Positions 26,306 to 36,142 of a DNA stretch of 64,000 nt are shown here, piece after piece. A program made the position numbers and the translations under genes. How positions within the stretch are numbered: position 1 is the first letter of the stretch; each line of letters begins with the position of its first letter. The notes beneath the pieces are model-generated. The model did not search any database. It saw only the letters and a program-made list of their open reading frames with translations, and was not told the origin of the DNA. Source of the DNA: an uncultured Eubacteriaceae bacterium (lineage in GTDB: Bacteria > Bacillota > Clostridia > Eubacteriales > UBA1433); contig CAZHMK010000004.1 of the NCBI GenBank assembly GCA_964533615.1, forward strand, positions 138,398 to 202,397. The letters run 5' to 3'.

Positions 26306-28132
26306 ATGATTAAAAGAAGTATTAAACCGATCTTATCGTTATTATTTATAACCACATTCTTACTTTTTAATATGACATTTATATCAGCGGAAGACGAACT
26401 ACTCACACAGGATAATGTGAAACTGACTCTAAGCACGGCGCAAGTTGTAAGCAGCGGCCAAGGTAAAACAATAGATGATATCTACACCGTAAGTGAGGAC
26501 AGTGTATTTACTCAGACATACAGCATTAAAAACTCCTCCGCATATACAGGTTCTATAGAAATAGCGATTTATGAAAGAATAACGACATCCAATGGAAGCA
26601 TTATAGAAGACAAAACATTAAACGCAACCGTTAATCAAAACTCGACAGCAAAAGTGACAGGCACATCTGTTACAATGAAGTCTACATATGGCAAATACAT
26701 CACGATTGCCTGCAAACTCATGTATAAGCTGGACAATGAATGGATTGAATATTCTTCATCAAGCAGTACGATAGAGCTTTATTCCCCGCAATTTACCGTA
26801 ACTTATACCACAGATGCAGATCCTGTCGGCATCAGCGATTTCCCTGTTTTTTTCGGTGGAAAAGTAATCTTATCTTCAGGCGTGAGAGCCAATGATATCA
26901 AAATTTATGATTCAGTCTATGGCTTGCTTGAAAAGATTGGCGATTTAAAAGAAGGTCAAAGCAAGCGCTTTCATAAAGATATCTCTGTTCCGGCAGGCTC
27001 CATCAACTCATATGTTATTTTAGAATATACGAACGCCATGACAGGCGAAAACGTGCGGTCAGAGCTCCCGACAGTCAAGGTTACAGGAAAAGTTATAGAT
27101 TCACCGATTGAGAGTAAACTGACTTTAGACATAACTCCTGCAAAAACGTATATCGAAACTGCAGAAAAAATGGACATCACTTTTGACTTTCAAAATAACA
27201 CAGACTATGAAGTCATCACAGCTTTTATATACCTGCTTGACGATCAAGGCAAAGCCTCAGAAGAGCCTATCATTGATATAGGTGCGGTTGAACCGGGTGC
27301 CGCAAACTCTTCTACGGAAAATATGACTATTGAGCCCGATGAGCAATATTCGTTCGCAATTTACGCCTATGTGGCTGACAGCAGCACCCCTTTTAAAGCA
27401 ACAACAGATCTAACGATCTCGTCTGTGCCTCCAAGTCTGGAGATACAGCGAAGCATCGATACAGATAAGCTACCCTTCTACACAGATACAACAATCTCAT
27501 ATTCCGCCAAGAACGTCAGTGGCTATGAACTAACAGACGTGGTAATAACAGACGGTATTTTGGGAGAAATCTATACTGCAGAAAGCATCGCTACAGGCGA
27601 AGAATTCACCTTTGCGGCAACCGGTAAATTTACAAATGATTTCATCAGTGCACCAAGCGCGAGCTTGACTATACAAGATGGGAAAAATACTGCAAATTCT
27701 TTCATATTATCAAAACAAATCTTTGAAATTGAACGAAAAAATGAACCAAGCGCCATGCTTTTAATCGAAAATATTGACTCTAAAGATAAAGAGAATGTCA
27801 GTTTTGATGTAATCCTGCTCAACGACGGAAATGCTAACTTAAGTAATATAGAAATCATCGATGCGAGAAACAGTGCTTTACTTGAAACACTTGATTCCCT
27901 TATCATCGGTGATAAACAAACAATACAATTATCTGATCAAAACTATGCAGACGATAAAAATATTACTTTAAAAGTGAAATGTACAACAGATGACGGAACA
28001 CAACTGGAATTTTCCTATGATCCTGTCAGCCTTTCGACCTTTCCGCTCACTGCCGTCATTATTATCGGCGCAGTGTTTATAGTTCTTGCAGTATGTATTA
28101 TAATAATAAAATCAAGACAAAAAAACAAATAA
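26306..28132 (+). CDS. Secreted, C-terminally membrane-anchored multi-domain surface protein
   Basis: About 608 aa from MIKRSIKP (AGAGAGG RBS). Signal peptide ending FISAEDE. About 5 beta-rich modules of roughly 100 aa resembling CARDB/DUF11-type repeats. C-terminal TM helix followed by KSRQKNK. Confidence 0.6.
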   Translation: MIKRSIKPILSLLFITTFLLFNMTFISAEDELLTQDNVKLTLSTAQVVSSGQGKTIDDIYTVSEDSVFTQTYSIKNSSAYTGSIEIAIYERITTSNGSIIEDKTLNATVNQNSTAKVTGTSVTMKSTYGKYITIACKLMYKLDNEWIEYSSSSSTIELYSPQFTVTYTTDADPVGISDFPVFFGGKVILSSGVRANDIKIYDSVYGLLEKIGDLKEGQSKRFHKDISVPAGSINSYVILEYTNAMTGENVRSELPTVKVTGKVIDSPIESKLTLDITPAKTYIETAEKMDITFDFQNNTDYEVITAFIYLLDDQGKASEEPIIDIGAVEPGAANSSTENMTIEPDEQYSFAIYAYVADSSTPFKATTDLTISSVPPSLEIQRSIDTDKLPFYTDTTISYSAKNVSGYELTDVVITDGILGEIYTAESIATGEEFTFAATGKFTNDFISAPSASLTIQDGKNTANSFILSKQIFEIERKNEPSAMLLIENIDSKDKENVSFDVILLNDGNANLSNIEIIDARNSALLETLDSLIIGDKQTIQLSDQNYADDKNITLKVKCTTDDGTQLEFSYDPVSLSTFPLTAVIIIGAVFIVLAVCIIIIKSRQKNK

Positions 28133-28162
28133 ATTAAAGACAATGAATTAGGAGAATGCTAC

Positions 28163-29605
28163 ATGGCAAAAGAGAAGCAACAGAATATCGAAGCAATCAC
28201 AAATATGGAAGAAGATTTCGCAAGATGGTATACAGATGTGATTATGAAAACAGAGCTTGCGGATTATTCTCCGGTCAAGGGATTTATGGTCATACGCCCG
28301 TATGGGTTTGCCATATGGGAAAATATCAAAAATGAATATGATAAATTATTCAAGCAGACAGGACATGAAAATATGTATTTCCCTCTTCTTATCCCTGAGA
28401 GCTTACTGAAAAAAGAAGCCGAACATGTTGAAGGCTTTGCTCCGGAAGTCGCCTGGGTCACCCATGGCGGCGGTTCGGAGCTTGCGGAAAAATTATGTAT
28501 ACGCCCCACTTCAGAGACTATTATATGCAGCATGTATTCAAAATGGCTGCAAACATGGAGACAGCTTCCCTTTTTATACAATCAGTGGTGCAGTGTTGTA
28601 CGATGGGAAAAAACAACAAGACCTTTTCTGCGCACTTCCGAATTTTTATGGCAGGAAGGACACACCTTGCACGAAAGCGAAGAAGAAGCACAAACCGAGA
28701 CAATGCAGATGCTGAATATCTACAAAAAAGTTGCTGAGGAATATATGGCAATTCCCATGGTTACAGGTCAGAAAAGTGAGAAAGAAAAATTTGCCGGTGC
28801 ACATGCAACATATACGATGGAAGCGCTCATGCATGACGGACAAGCTCTTCAATCCGGAACGAGCCATAATTTGGGTCAGCATTTTACAAAAGCGTTTGAT
28901 ATTATGTATACTGACCGAGAGGGTCAGCGCTCTTATCCTTATCACACCTCATGGGGTATTTCCACCAGATTGATCGGCGCTGTTATTATGGTTCACGGAG
29001 ACAACAGCGGGCTTAGGCTGCCACCCAAAATCGCTCCGGTGCAGATCATCATCGTTCCTATTGCTCAGCACAAGGAAGGCGTATTGGACAAAGCTTACGA
29101 ACTTAAAGAACGCTTAAAAGAATATAAAGTAAAAGTGGACGATTCCGAAAGCTATTCACCCGGATGGAAATTCAGTCAATGGGAAATGAAAGGCGTACCG
29201 CTTCGTATAGAAATAGGACCCAAAGATATTCAAAATAATCAGTGTGTTTTGGTGCGCCGAGATACGGGCGAGAAATTTAATGTTCGTTTAGATAATTTAA
29301 ATGCAGTAGCAAAACAAACCTTGGAAGATATCCAAAACAATATGTACCAACGCGCATTGAAAATGAGAGAACAAAAAACGAATACTGCGCAAAGTATCGA
29401 AGAAATGCAGATAAAGCTCAAGGAAAACCCCGGCTTTATTAAAGCAATGTGGTGCGGGGATCGAGAATGTGAAGATAAGATAAAGGAACTCACCGGTACC
29501 AGTATTCGCTGCATTCCTTTTGAACAGGAAGTCATAGACGACGGCAAATGTATATGCTGCGGCAAGCATTCTGATACCATGGTATATTTGGCGAGAGCCT
29601 ATTAA
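28163..29605 (+). CDS. proS: Proline--tRNA ligase (archaeal/eukaryote-like type)
   Basis: 480 aa. N-terminal [30 protein letters not shown], class II motifs, and a C-terminal Cys-rich Zn domain ending ARAY. Confidence 0.95.
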   Translation: MAKEKQQNIEAITNMEEDFARWYTDVIMKTELADYSPVKGFMVIRPYGFAIWENIKNEYDKLFKQTGHENMYFPLLIPESLLKKEAEHVEGFAPEVAWVTHGGGSELAEKLCIRPTSETIICSMYSKWLQTWRQLPFLYNQWCSVVRWEKTTRPFLRTSEFLWQEGHTLHESEEEAQTETMQMLNIYKKVAEEYMAIPMVTGQKSEKEKFAGAHATYTMEALMHDGQALQSGTSHNLGQHFTKAFDIMYTDREGQRSYPYHTSWGISTRLIGAVIMVHGDNSGLRLPPKIAPVQIIIVPIAQHKEGVLDKAYELKERLKEYKVKVDDSESYSPGWKFSQWEMKGVPLRIEIGPKDIQNNQCVLVRRDTGEKFNVRLDNLNAVAKQTLEDIQNNMYQRALKMREQKTNTAQSIEEMQIKLKENPGFIKAMWCGDRECEDKIKELTGTSIRCIPFEQEVIDDGKCICCGKHSDTMVYLARAY

Positions 29606-29606
29606 A

Positions 29607-29637
29607 TAAAAAAAGTGCAGCACCTGCACTTTTTTTA
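29607..29637. terminator. Bidirectional intrinsic terminator (proS / corA)
   Basis: AAAAAAAGTGCAG-CAC-CTGCACTTTTTTT between convergent genes. Confidence 0.7.
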
Positions 29638-29657
29638 TTTCTATTTATTATTTGTAT

Positions 29658-30590
29658 TCACATCATCTTTTTACGAATCATAACAAAAATACTTACGATA
29701 GCACAAACCAGCGCAATTGCAGCCACAATAATAAATCCATAAGCATTGTTCTTAAAAGGAACGGCTACATTCATCCCCCAAAGGCTTGCGATAAGTGTCG
29801 GGATCGCAATAATGATCGTAATAGAAGTGAGAAGCTTCATTACAATGTTTAAATTGTTTGAAATCACCGAAGCAAATGCATCCATTGTACCGCTTAGAAT
29901 ATCCCTGTAAATATTACACATTTCTATGGCTTGCTTATTTTCGATAATGACGTCTTCAAGTAAATCCAAATCATCCGGATATTTTTTGATGAATGACACT
30001 CTTAAAAGCTTTTCCATAACCACTTCATTTGATTTTAATGATGTTGCAAAATAAACCAAGCTTTTCTCAAGTTTAAGCATCTGAATCAACTCTTTATTTT
30101 TCATCGATTTGTGCAGCTCCTGCTCAACTTTTGTGCTCATTTTATCTATTTGTTTCAAATATGTTAGAAACAATGCGGCATTTCTGTATAATATCTGCAA
30201 AAACATTCTGTTTCTTTTTTTAGTTGAAAATTTTACCATTCTGAAATCATAAAAATATTTAAGCGTAGGAACGTCTTTTAAAGATATTGTAATAATATTA
30301 TTTTCCGTTAATGCAACACCCACCGGAATCGTGCTGTATACATATCCGTCCCCATCCGCTTCGACAATAGGCGTATCAAAAATAACCATTGTATGACCGT
30401 CTTCAATCTCAAGTCGCGCTCTTTCCTCTTCGTCCAGCGATGCCTTCAAAAAATCAATATCTATATTTAAAGACTCGCAGACATAGTCAATCTCCTCAGA
30501 AGTGGGACTGATTAAATGCACCCAACTATCGGGCAATATCGTATCATTTTTATGTAATTTTTCATTTTCGGTATAATAGATTGAAATCAT
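29658..30590 (-). CDS. corA: Magnesium/cobalt transporter CorA
   Basis: 310 aa. Two C-terminal TM helices with a GMN motif (LWGMNVAVP). Confidence 0.9.
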   Translation of the reverse strand: MISIYYTENEKLHKNDTILPDSWVHLISPTSEEIDYVCESLNIDIDFLKASLDEEERARLEIEDGHTMVIFDTPIVEADGDGYVYSTIPVGVALTENNIITISLKDVPTLKYFYDFRMVKFSTKKRNRMFLQILYRNAALFLTYLKQIDKMSTKVEQELHKSMKNKELIQMLKLEKSLVYFATSLKSNEVVMEKLLRVSFIKKYPDDLDLLEDVIIENKQAIEMCNIYRDILSGTMDAFASVISNNLNIVMKLLTSITIIIAIPTLIASLWGMNVAVPFKNNAYGFIIVAAIALVCAIVSIFVMIRKKMM

Positions 30591-30710
30591 TATTCTACCT
30601 CCCTATAGCTAAAGTGCTTATTTTATGTTTAAAATTGATAAGATATTTTAACATATATATTAGATTATATCAATCGGATTCATTTTATTACATGTTTTTC
30701 AAAATAACAA

Positions 30711-30739
30711 TTGACAAATTCAGTATAATTATTTAAAAT
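30711..30739 (+). promoter_or_regulatory. Putative promoter of the ylxM-ffh operon
   Basis: TTGACA-N17-TAAAAT, about 60 nt upstream of ylxM. Confidence 0.4.
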
Positions 30740-30800
30740 ATCCTAGGTGTAAAGTGATATTGCTTTACAAAGCAAATAAACTTTACAGTCATGGTGGATT

Positions 30801-31145
30801 ATGAAAGAATTCGTACGCATTTCAATGCTTCTCGATCATTACGGAATACTTTTGACCGATAAGCAGAATGAAATTTTAAAAATGTATTATGAAGAAGACT
30901 ATTCATTGGGAGAGATTGCTGAGCTTTATCAAATCTCAAGGCAAGCGGCACACGATGCCATAAAAAAAGGCGAAGCATTGCTTAGCAAATACGAAAACAC
31001 ACTTCATTTACTCCAAAAGCAATCTATGCGAGAGGGCTCAATCAATGAAATAAAAGATCTTGCGCAAACTCTTTCTGCCAATGGGCATGATAAAAACATA
31101 CTAAAGAAAATCGAAAACTTACTTGATATGATTATCAATGAATAA
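30801..31145 (+). CDS. ylxM: YlxM/UPF0122 putative DNA-binding protein (sigma-70 region 4-like)
   Basis: 114 aa. LLDHYGILLTDKQNEILKMYYEEDYSLGEIAE is typical of YlxM. Lies immediately upstream of ffh. Confidence 0.8.
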   Translation: MKEFVRISMLLDHYGILLTDKQNEILKMYYEEDYSLGEIAELYQISRQAAHDAIKKGEALLSKYENTLHLLQKQSMREGSINEIKDLAQTLSANGHDKNILKKIENLLDMIINE

Positions 31146-31159
31146 AGGAGGCGATGTTA

Positions 31160-32476
31160 ATGTTTGACAATTTGGGAAGCAAACTGCAAGACTCCCTCTC
31201 CAAACTAAAACGAAAAGGAAAACTTACAGAAGCAGATATTAAAACCGCCGGCAGAGAGATAAAGCTGGCTATGCTTGAAGCCGATGTCAACTATAAAGTA
31301 GTAAAAGAATTTACGGATAAAATATCTGCGCGGGCTTTAGGCGACGAAGTTATGAAAAGCCTCACTCCCTCCCAGCAATATATAAAAATTGTTCGGGATG
31401 AGATGATTGATATATTAAGCGGCCAAGACAGCAAGCTTAACTACAGCAGCCACGGTCTTACCGTCATTTTAATGGCAGGGATTCAGGGAAGCGGAAAAAC
31501 AACATCAGCAGCCAAGCTCGCAAGTCTCATTAGAAAACAAAATAAAAAAGTTATGCTGGCAGCCTGCGATACCTATCGTCCTGCCGCATTAAAACAACTG
31601 CAGACGCTCGGTGCTCAAATAGATATTCCCGTTTTTTATACGGACTCTAAACCTCAGGAAATTGCATCCAAAGCTTTAAAAGAAGCAAAAGCGCAATTTG
31701 CTGACGTTTTAATAATCGACACAGCCGGACGAATGAGCATTGACGAAGAAATGATGTCCGAAATATCTGACATCGCTAAAATTACAGACCCTATAGAAAT
31801 ATTATTATGTATAGATGCCATGACCGGCCAAGATGCCGTGAATACGGCAAAAGCATTTGATGAGGCACTGGATCTAACCGGTATTATTCTTACAAAACTT
31901 GACAGTGATACGAGAGGCGGCGCAGCTTTATCTGTTGCCCATACAACGCAAAAGCCCATCAAATTCTGCGGAGTGGGTGAAAAAATATCAGACTTGGAAA
32001 CATTTCATGCAGACAGGATCGTAGGCCGAATCCTTGGAATGGGCGATATTTTAGGATTTATTGAAAAAGCGGAAGTTGCTTATGATGCGCAAGCTGCGGA
32101 AGAACTCAGCCGTAAAATAGCAAAAAACGCATTCACATTGGAAGATTTTTTACAGCAGCTGCAGCAAATGCAGCAAATGGGCGGAATTGAAGAAATGCTT
32201 AAAATGATGCCGAATGCAAAACAATTCAAGGGATTAAAAATAGACGAAAAAGACCTGTTGCATCAAAAAGCCATCATTCAGTCGATGACAGTAAAAGAAA
32301 GACAAAATCCATCTGTCTTGAATGCTTCCAGAAGAAGAAGAATAGCTAATGGCAGTGGCACCAATGTCAGCGATGTAAACAAACTGATCAACGGATATGA
32401 ACAAAGCAAAAAATTAATGAAACAATTTTCAGGCAAATCAGGCAAAAGAGGAAAACCCAATTTTCCTTTTATGTAA
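31160..32476 (+). CDS. ffh: Signal recognition particle protein Ffh
   Basis: About 438 aa. GIQGSGKTT P-loop, DTAGR, TKLDSDTRGG, and a Met-rich M domain. The ATG at 31160 has better RBS spacing than the one at 31154. Confidence 0.95.
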   Translation: MFDNLGSKLQDSLSKLKRKGKLTEADIKTAGREIKLAMLEADVNYKVVKEFTDKISARALGDEVMKSLTPSQQYIKIVRDEMIDILSGQDSKLNYSSHGLTVILMAGIQGSGKTTSAAKLASLIRKQNKKVMLAACDTYRPAALKQLQTLGAQIDIPVFYTDSKPQEIASKALKEAKAQFADVLIIDTAGRMSIDEEMMSEISDIAKITDPIEILLCIDAMTGQDAVNTAKAFDEALDLTGIILTKLDSDTRGGAALSVAHTTQKPIKFCGVGEKISDLETFHADRIVGRILGMGDILGFIEKAEVAYDAQAAEELSRKIAKNAFTLEDFLQQLQQMQQMGGIEEMLKMMPNAKQFKGLKIDEKDLLHQKAIIQSMTVKERQNPSVLNASRRRRIANGSGTNVSDVNKLINGYEQSKKLMKQFSGKSGKRGKPNFPFM

Positions 32477-32517
32477 TATATTTCAGTACACTTATCTAAC
32501 TTAGAGGAGGTGAAAAA

Positions 32518-32760
32518 ATGGCAGTTAAAATCAGACTTAAAAGAATGGGCGCAAAGAAAAAACCATTTTACAGAATTGTTGTTGCGGACGCAAGGGCCCC
32601 GAGAGACGGCAGAAATATTGATGAAATCGGATATTATAAGCCTGTTGGAGAAAAAGATCTTGCAATTGATAAAGAAAAGGCCTTAAAATGGCTTGGTTGT
32701 GGCGCGCAGCCTACTGATACAGTAAAATCACTGTTAAAAAAAGAAGGCATTATCTCTTAA
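32518..32760 (+). CDS. rpsP: 30S ribosomal protein S16
   Basis: 80 aa. [32 protein letters not shown]. Confidence 0.95.
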   Translation: MAVKIRLKRMGAKKKPFYRIVVADARAPRDGRNIDEIGYYKPVGEKDLAIDKEKALKWLGCGAQPTDTVKSLLKKEGIIS

Positions 32761-32775
32761 GATAACGAGGTTATT

Positions 32776-33003
32776 ATGAAAGAAATAATACAAATAATAG
32801 CAAAGTCATTGGTGGACTACCCGGAACAAGTCGAAGTAACAGAGCGAAAAGAAGGAAACACCATCTTCCTTGAGCTACATGTTGCCGATACGGATATGGG
32901 TAAAGTTATAGGCAAACAAGGCAGAGTCGCACATGCTATGCGAACCGTGCTCAAAGCTGCAGCAGTCAAAGAAAATTGTCGGGTTGAATTAGCAATTATT
33001 TAA
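32776..33003 (+). CDS. KH-domain RNA-binding protein (YlqC-like)
   Basis: 75 aa. GKVIGKQGR GxxG loop. Conserved position between rpsP and rimM. Confidence 0.85.
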   Translation: MKEIIQIIAKSLVDYPEQVEVTERKEGNTIFLELHVADTDMGKVIGKQGRVAHAMRTVLKAAAVKENCRVELAII

Positions 33004-33005
33004 TA

Positions 33006-33521
33006 ATGAATACTACGATGCGAGACTATCTTAAAATAGGCAAAATTTCATCAGCTCACGGAATAAAAGGCACAGTTAAGATCATCCCGCTGACCGATGA
33101 TATCACAAGATTTTATAACCTAAAATATGTTTATTTATGTGACAATGCAGCGTCGCAAAAACTCGCGATCCAAAATGTTCAGCTGGGCAAAAACATTGTT
33201 TTTATGAAATTTAATGAAATCAATAGTCGCAGTGAAGCAGAATCTCTGAAAAATACGTTTCTTTATGTTGACAGAGTACACGCTGTACCGCTTGAGGATG
33301 ATGAATATTTTATCGAAGATTTAATCGGGCTGAGTGCATATGATTTAAATAATGTCAATCTTGGAGAAATAAGCGATATTATTCAAACAGGCGGCGTTGA
33401 CGTGATTGTGATTTCAGGCAAAAAAAAATATCTGATTCCTGCACTGAAAAAAAATGTATCTGTTTTTATCGATCAAGGTATGATAAAGGTTGATACATCG
33501 AGCGGAGTAGACTATGATTAA
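33006..33521 (+). CDS. rimM: 16S rRNA processing protein RimM
   Basis: 171 aa. IGKISSAHGIKGTVKI is the typical N-terminal motif. Confidence 0.9.
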   Translation: MNTTMRDYLKIGKISSAHGIKGTVKIIPLTDDITRFYNLKYVYLCDNAASQKLAIQNVQLGKNIVFMKFNEINSRSEAESLKNTFLYVDRVHAVPLEDDEYFIEDLIGLSAYDLNNVNLGEISDIIQTGGVDVIVISGKKKYLIPALKKNVSVFIDQGMIKVDTSSGVDYD

Positions 33522-34233
33522 ATTTACTTGTGTCGGATTATTTGAAGAAATGATTGAATCCTATAAAAATTACAGTATCATATCACGTGCTGTAAAAAAT
33601 TCATTGGCAGAAATAAATTTTATCAATATTCGCACTTACTCGCAGAATAAACATAAAAACACGGATGATTACCCTTATGGCGGCGGTGCAGGAATGGTGC
33701 TCACACCGCAACCTGTAGTTGATGCGGTAAACGATGCAAAAAAAGACAAGAATATACCGGTTATTTATTTCTCACCTATCGGCAAAACACTAAACAATGT
33801 AATTGCGAAAAACTACTCGTCTTATGATGAAATAATCCTGCTTTGCGGACATTACGAAGGCATCGATCAGAGAGCATTGGATATGGTTGTAGACGAATAT
33901 ATATCTGTGGGAGATTATATACTTACCGGAGGAGAAATCGCGGCAATTGTATTTATGGATAGTATTATGCGTTACTGTGATGGAGTATTGGGAAATACTA
34001 TAAGCAGCTATGACGAAAGCTTTGAGAACGGACTTTTAGAATACGCGCATTACACTCGCCCTGAAATTTTTGAAAATATTGCAGTCCCGAGTGTGCTGCT
34101 GAGCGGAAATCATACCAAAATAAAAGAATACCGACATCAAGATTCACTTCAAAGAACAAAAAAATACCGAAAAGATTTATATGATAACTATATAAGCCGA
34201 ACAGAAAATACACAAAAAATGAAAAAGAAATAA
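33514..34233 (+). CDS. trmD: tRNA (guanine37-N1)-methyltransferase TrmD
   Basis: 239 aa. [13 protein letters not shown] and [12 protein letters not shown] motifs. 8-bp overlap with rimM. Confidence 0.95.
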   Translation: MIKFTCVGLFEEMIESYKNYSIISRAVKNSLAEINFINIRTYSQNKHKNTDDYPYGGGAGMVLTPQPVVDAVNDAKKDKNIPVIYFSPIGKTLNNVIAKNYSSYDEIILLCGHYEGIDQRALDMVVDEYISVGDYILTGGEIAAIVFMDSIMRYCDGVLGNTISSYDESFENGLLEYAHYTRPEIFENIAVPSVLLSGNHTKIKEYRHQDSLQRTKKYRKDLYDNYISRTENTQKMKKK

Positions 34234-34250
34234 GAAAGGAGGTAGCAATT

Positions 34251-34613
34251 ATGGATCTCATAAAAGCTATTGAAAGTGATTATTTAAAAGATACCGTCTC
34301 TGATTTTCATATCGGTGACACTGTTAAAGTTCACGTTAAAGTTGTTGAAGGCAAAAGAGAAAGAATTCAGATATTTGAAGGCGCAGTAATAAAAAAACAA
34401 AACGGCGGTATTGGCGAAACATTTACGGTAAGAAAAATTTCTTACGGTGTGGGTGTTGAAAGAACTTTTCCTATTCACTCCCCAAGAATTGATAAGATAG
34501 AAGTAGTCAGACTAGGCAAAGTAAGACGTGCTAAACTATACTATTTAAGAGACAGAGTAGGTAAAGCAGCTAAAATAAAAGAAAAAAGAGTAGATAGAAA
34601 AGTGGTAAAATAA
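34251..34613 (+). CDS. rplS: 50S ribosomal protein L19
   Basis: 120 aa. [29 protein letters not shown]. Confidence 0.95.
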   Translation: MDLIKAIESDYLKDTVSDFHIGDTVKVHVKVVEGKRERIQIFEGAVIKKQNGGIGETFTVRKISYGVGVERTFPIHSPRIDKIEVVRLGKVRRAKLYYLRDRVGKAAKIKEKRVDRKVVK

Positions 34614-34640
34614 AATCAGCATTGCTGATTTTATTTTTTT
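34612..34640 (+). terminator. Intrinsic terminator after rplS
   Basis: AAAATCAGC-ATTG-CTGATTTTATTTTTTT. Confidence 0.7.
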
Positions 34641-34756
34641 CACTGCTTACTTTTATACATAATTATCCTTTTTTTTTTAGAGCAAAACATATATAATTAA
34701 AAACATATTACACTGTAATGAATTTTTGATCTGACTTTGAGAAAGGCTTAAATTTT

Positions 34757-35296
34757 ATGAAGCATAAAAGAAAAAAATCTGAATTGCAAGAATGGATCGA
34801 AGCCATTGTCATCACGTTGATTTTGGCTATTATACTCAGAAGTTTTGTTTTTGTCTTTGCCAGAGTCGAAGGGACGAGTATGCTTGATACCCTTCACGAA
34901 GGTGACAGACTCTTGGTAAGCAAAATCACATATCATTTCACAGAGCCCGAGTATGGCGATATTGTGATTATTGACGTATCGCAAAGTATTGATGACTATG
35001 TAAAACGTATCATCGGTAAAGCAGGTGATACCATAGAAATTAAAAACAATACGGTTTACCGAAACGGCACCGTAATTGATGAGCCCTATTTGATTCCGAG
35101 GCTCGCATATCCGGATTTTCATGCCGTTACCGTACCTGAGGATTGCTATTTCGTACTCGGAGATAACCGCCCGGTCAGCCAAGACAGCCGCTATGCATCT
35201 GTAGGATTTATTGCCGAAGACGATATAGACGGCAAGATAATATATAGAGTATGGCCGCTTGACAATTTCAATTCACCTTACAAAATTACGGAGTAA
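34757..35296 (+). CDS. lepB: Signal peptidase I
   Basis: 179 aa. Catalytic Ser box EGTSMLDTL, Lys box VKRIIG, and GDNRPVSQDSR. Confidence 0.9.
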   Translation: MKHKRKKSELQEWIEAIVITLILAIILRSFVFVFARVEGTSMLDTLHEGDRLLVSKITYHFTEPEYGDIVIIDVSQSIDDYVKRIIGKAGDTIEIKNNTVYRNGTVIDEPYLIPRLAYPDFHAVTVPEDCYFVLGDNRPVSQDSRYASVGFIAEDDIDGKIIYRVWPLDNFNSPYKITE

Positions 35297-35299
35297 ATT

Positions 35300-36142
35300 A
35301 TGCAAGTTCAATGGTTTCCCGGACACATGGCCAAGGCCATGCGTCTTGTAAAAGAACAACTCAAAAATGTTGATATCATTATCGAAGTATGCGATGCGCG
35401 AGCTCCCATATCCAGCAGAAACAATGAACTCACTGATATTTTAGGTAATAAAAAGCGAATTGTTGCCTATAATAAATCTTCTCTCGCAGATGAGACAATC
35501 TCAAAAAAATGGGAGAAATATTTAAAAAACAACGATGAACTCTTTGTGTTTACGGATGCGCTTAAACGTACGGGTATTAAAAATTTGTCCAATATTTTAA
35601 TCAATAAAGCGAGCTCTTCCATGCGCTATAACCGCGCTGTTCGAGCCATGGTCATCGGTCTTCCCAATGTTGGTAAATCTATGCTTATCAATAGTCTGAC
35701 TCTTTCTTCAAGCGCTAAGACTGGTAACCGCCCGGGCATTACACGAGGAAATCAATGGATACGACTCAATAACAGGCTTCATCTTTTAGATACCCCCGGC
35801 GTTTTGATGCCAAAAATAGAAAATGAAACGGATGCCTTTAATCTTGTTGCGATCGGTTGTGTCAAAGATATTATTTTTGATAAGTATATCGCCTGCAGAG
35901 AAATCCTTGACTTTATGAAAGAGCGGTACCCTTCTTTGATTAAGGCGCGTTACGCACTGGATGATCTTGACAGTCCAAGTGACGAAATCATCTCTGAGAT
36001 TGCTAAAAAAAGAGGTTTTTTTATCAAAGGCGGCGAGATTGATATCAATCGTTGCGCCGATACGATCTATGATGAATTCAAAAACGGTATTATAGGCCAA
36101 GTAAGCCTGCAATGCCCGGATGATAATAAAGTAACGGAATGA
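35300..36142 (+). CDS. rbgA: Ribosome biogenesis GTPase A (YlqF/RbgA)
   Basis: 280 aa. N-terminal QWFPGHMAKA. Circularly permuted GTPase motifs (NKSSL.., GLPNVGKS). Confidence 0.9.
   Translation: MQVQWFPGHMAKAMRLVKEQLKNVDIIIEVCDARAPISSRNNELTDILGNKKRIVAYNKSSLADETISKKWEKYLKNNDELFVFTDALKRTGIKNLSNILINKASSSMRYNRAVRAMVIGLPNVGKSMLINSLTLSSSAKTGNRPGITRGNQWIRLNNRLHLLDTPGVLMPKIENETDAFNLVAIGCVKDIIFDKYIACREILDFMKERYPSLIKARYALDDLDSPSDEIISEIAKKRGFFIKGGEIDINRCADTIYDEFKNGIIGQVSLQCPDDNKVTE

Noticed and set aside
28133-28162. T-box leaders upstream of proS and ilvE
   Set aside because: The proS intergenic region is only 30 bp. The ilvE upstream region (43644-43760) holds a promoter but no specifier or T-box sequence.
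28264-28973. Cluster of six ORFs (76-105 aa, both strands) within proS
   Set aside because: proS is unambiguous and continuous. These are alternative-frame or antisense artefacts.
34748-35182. 144-aa minus-strand ORF
   Set aside because: It is antisense to lepB, which shows all signal peptidase I boxes.
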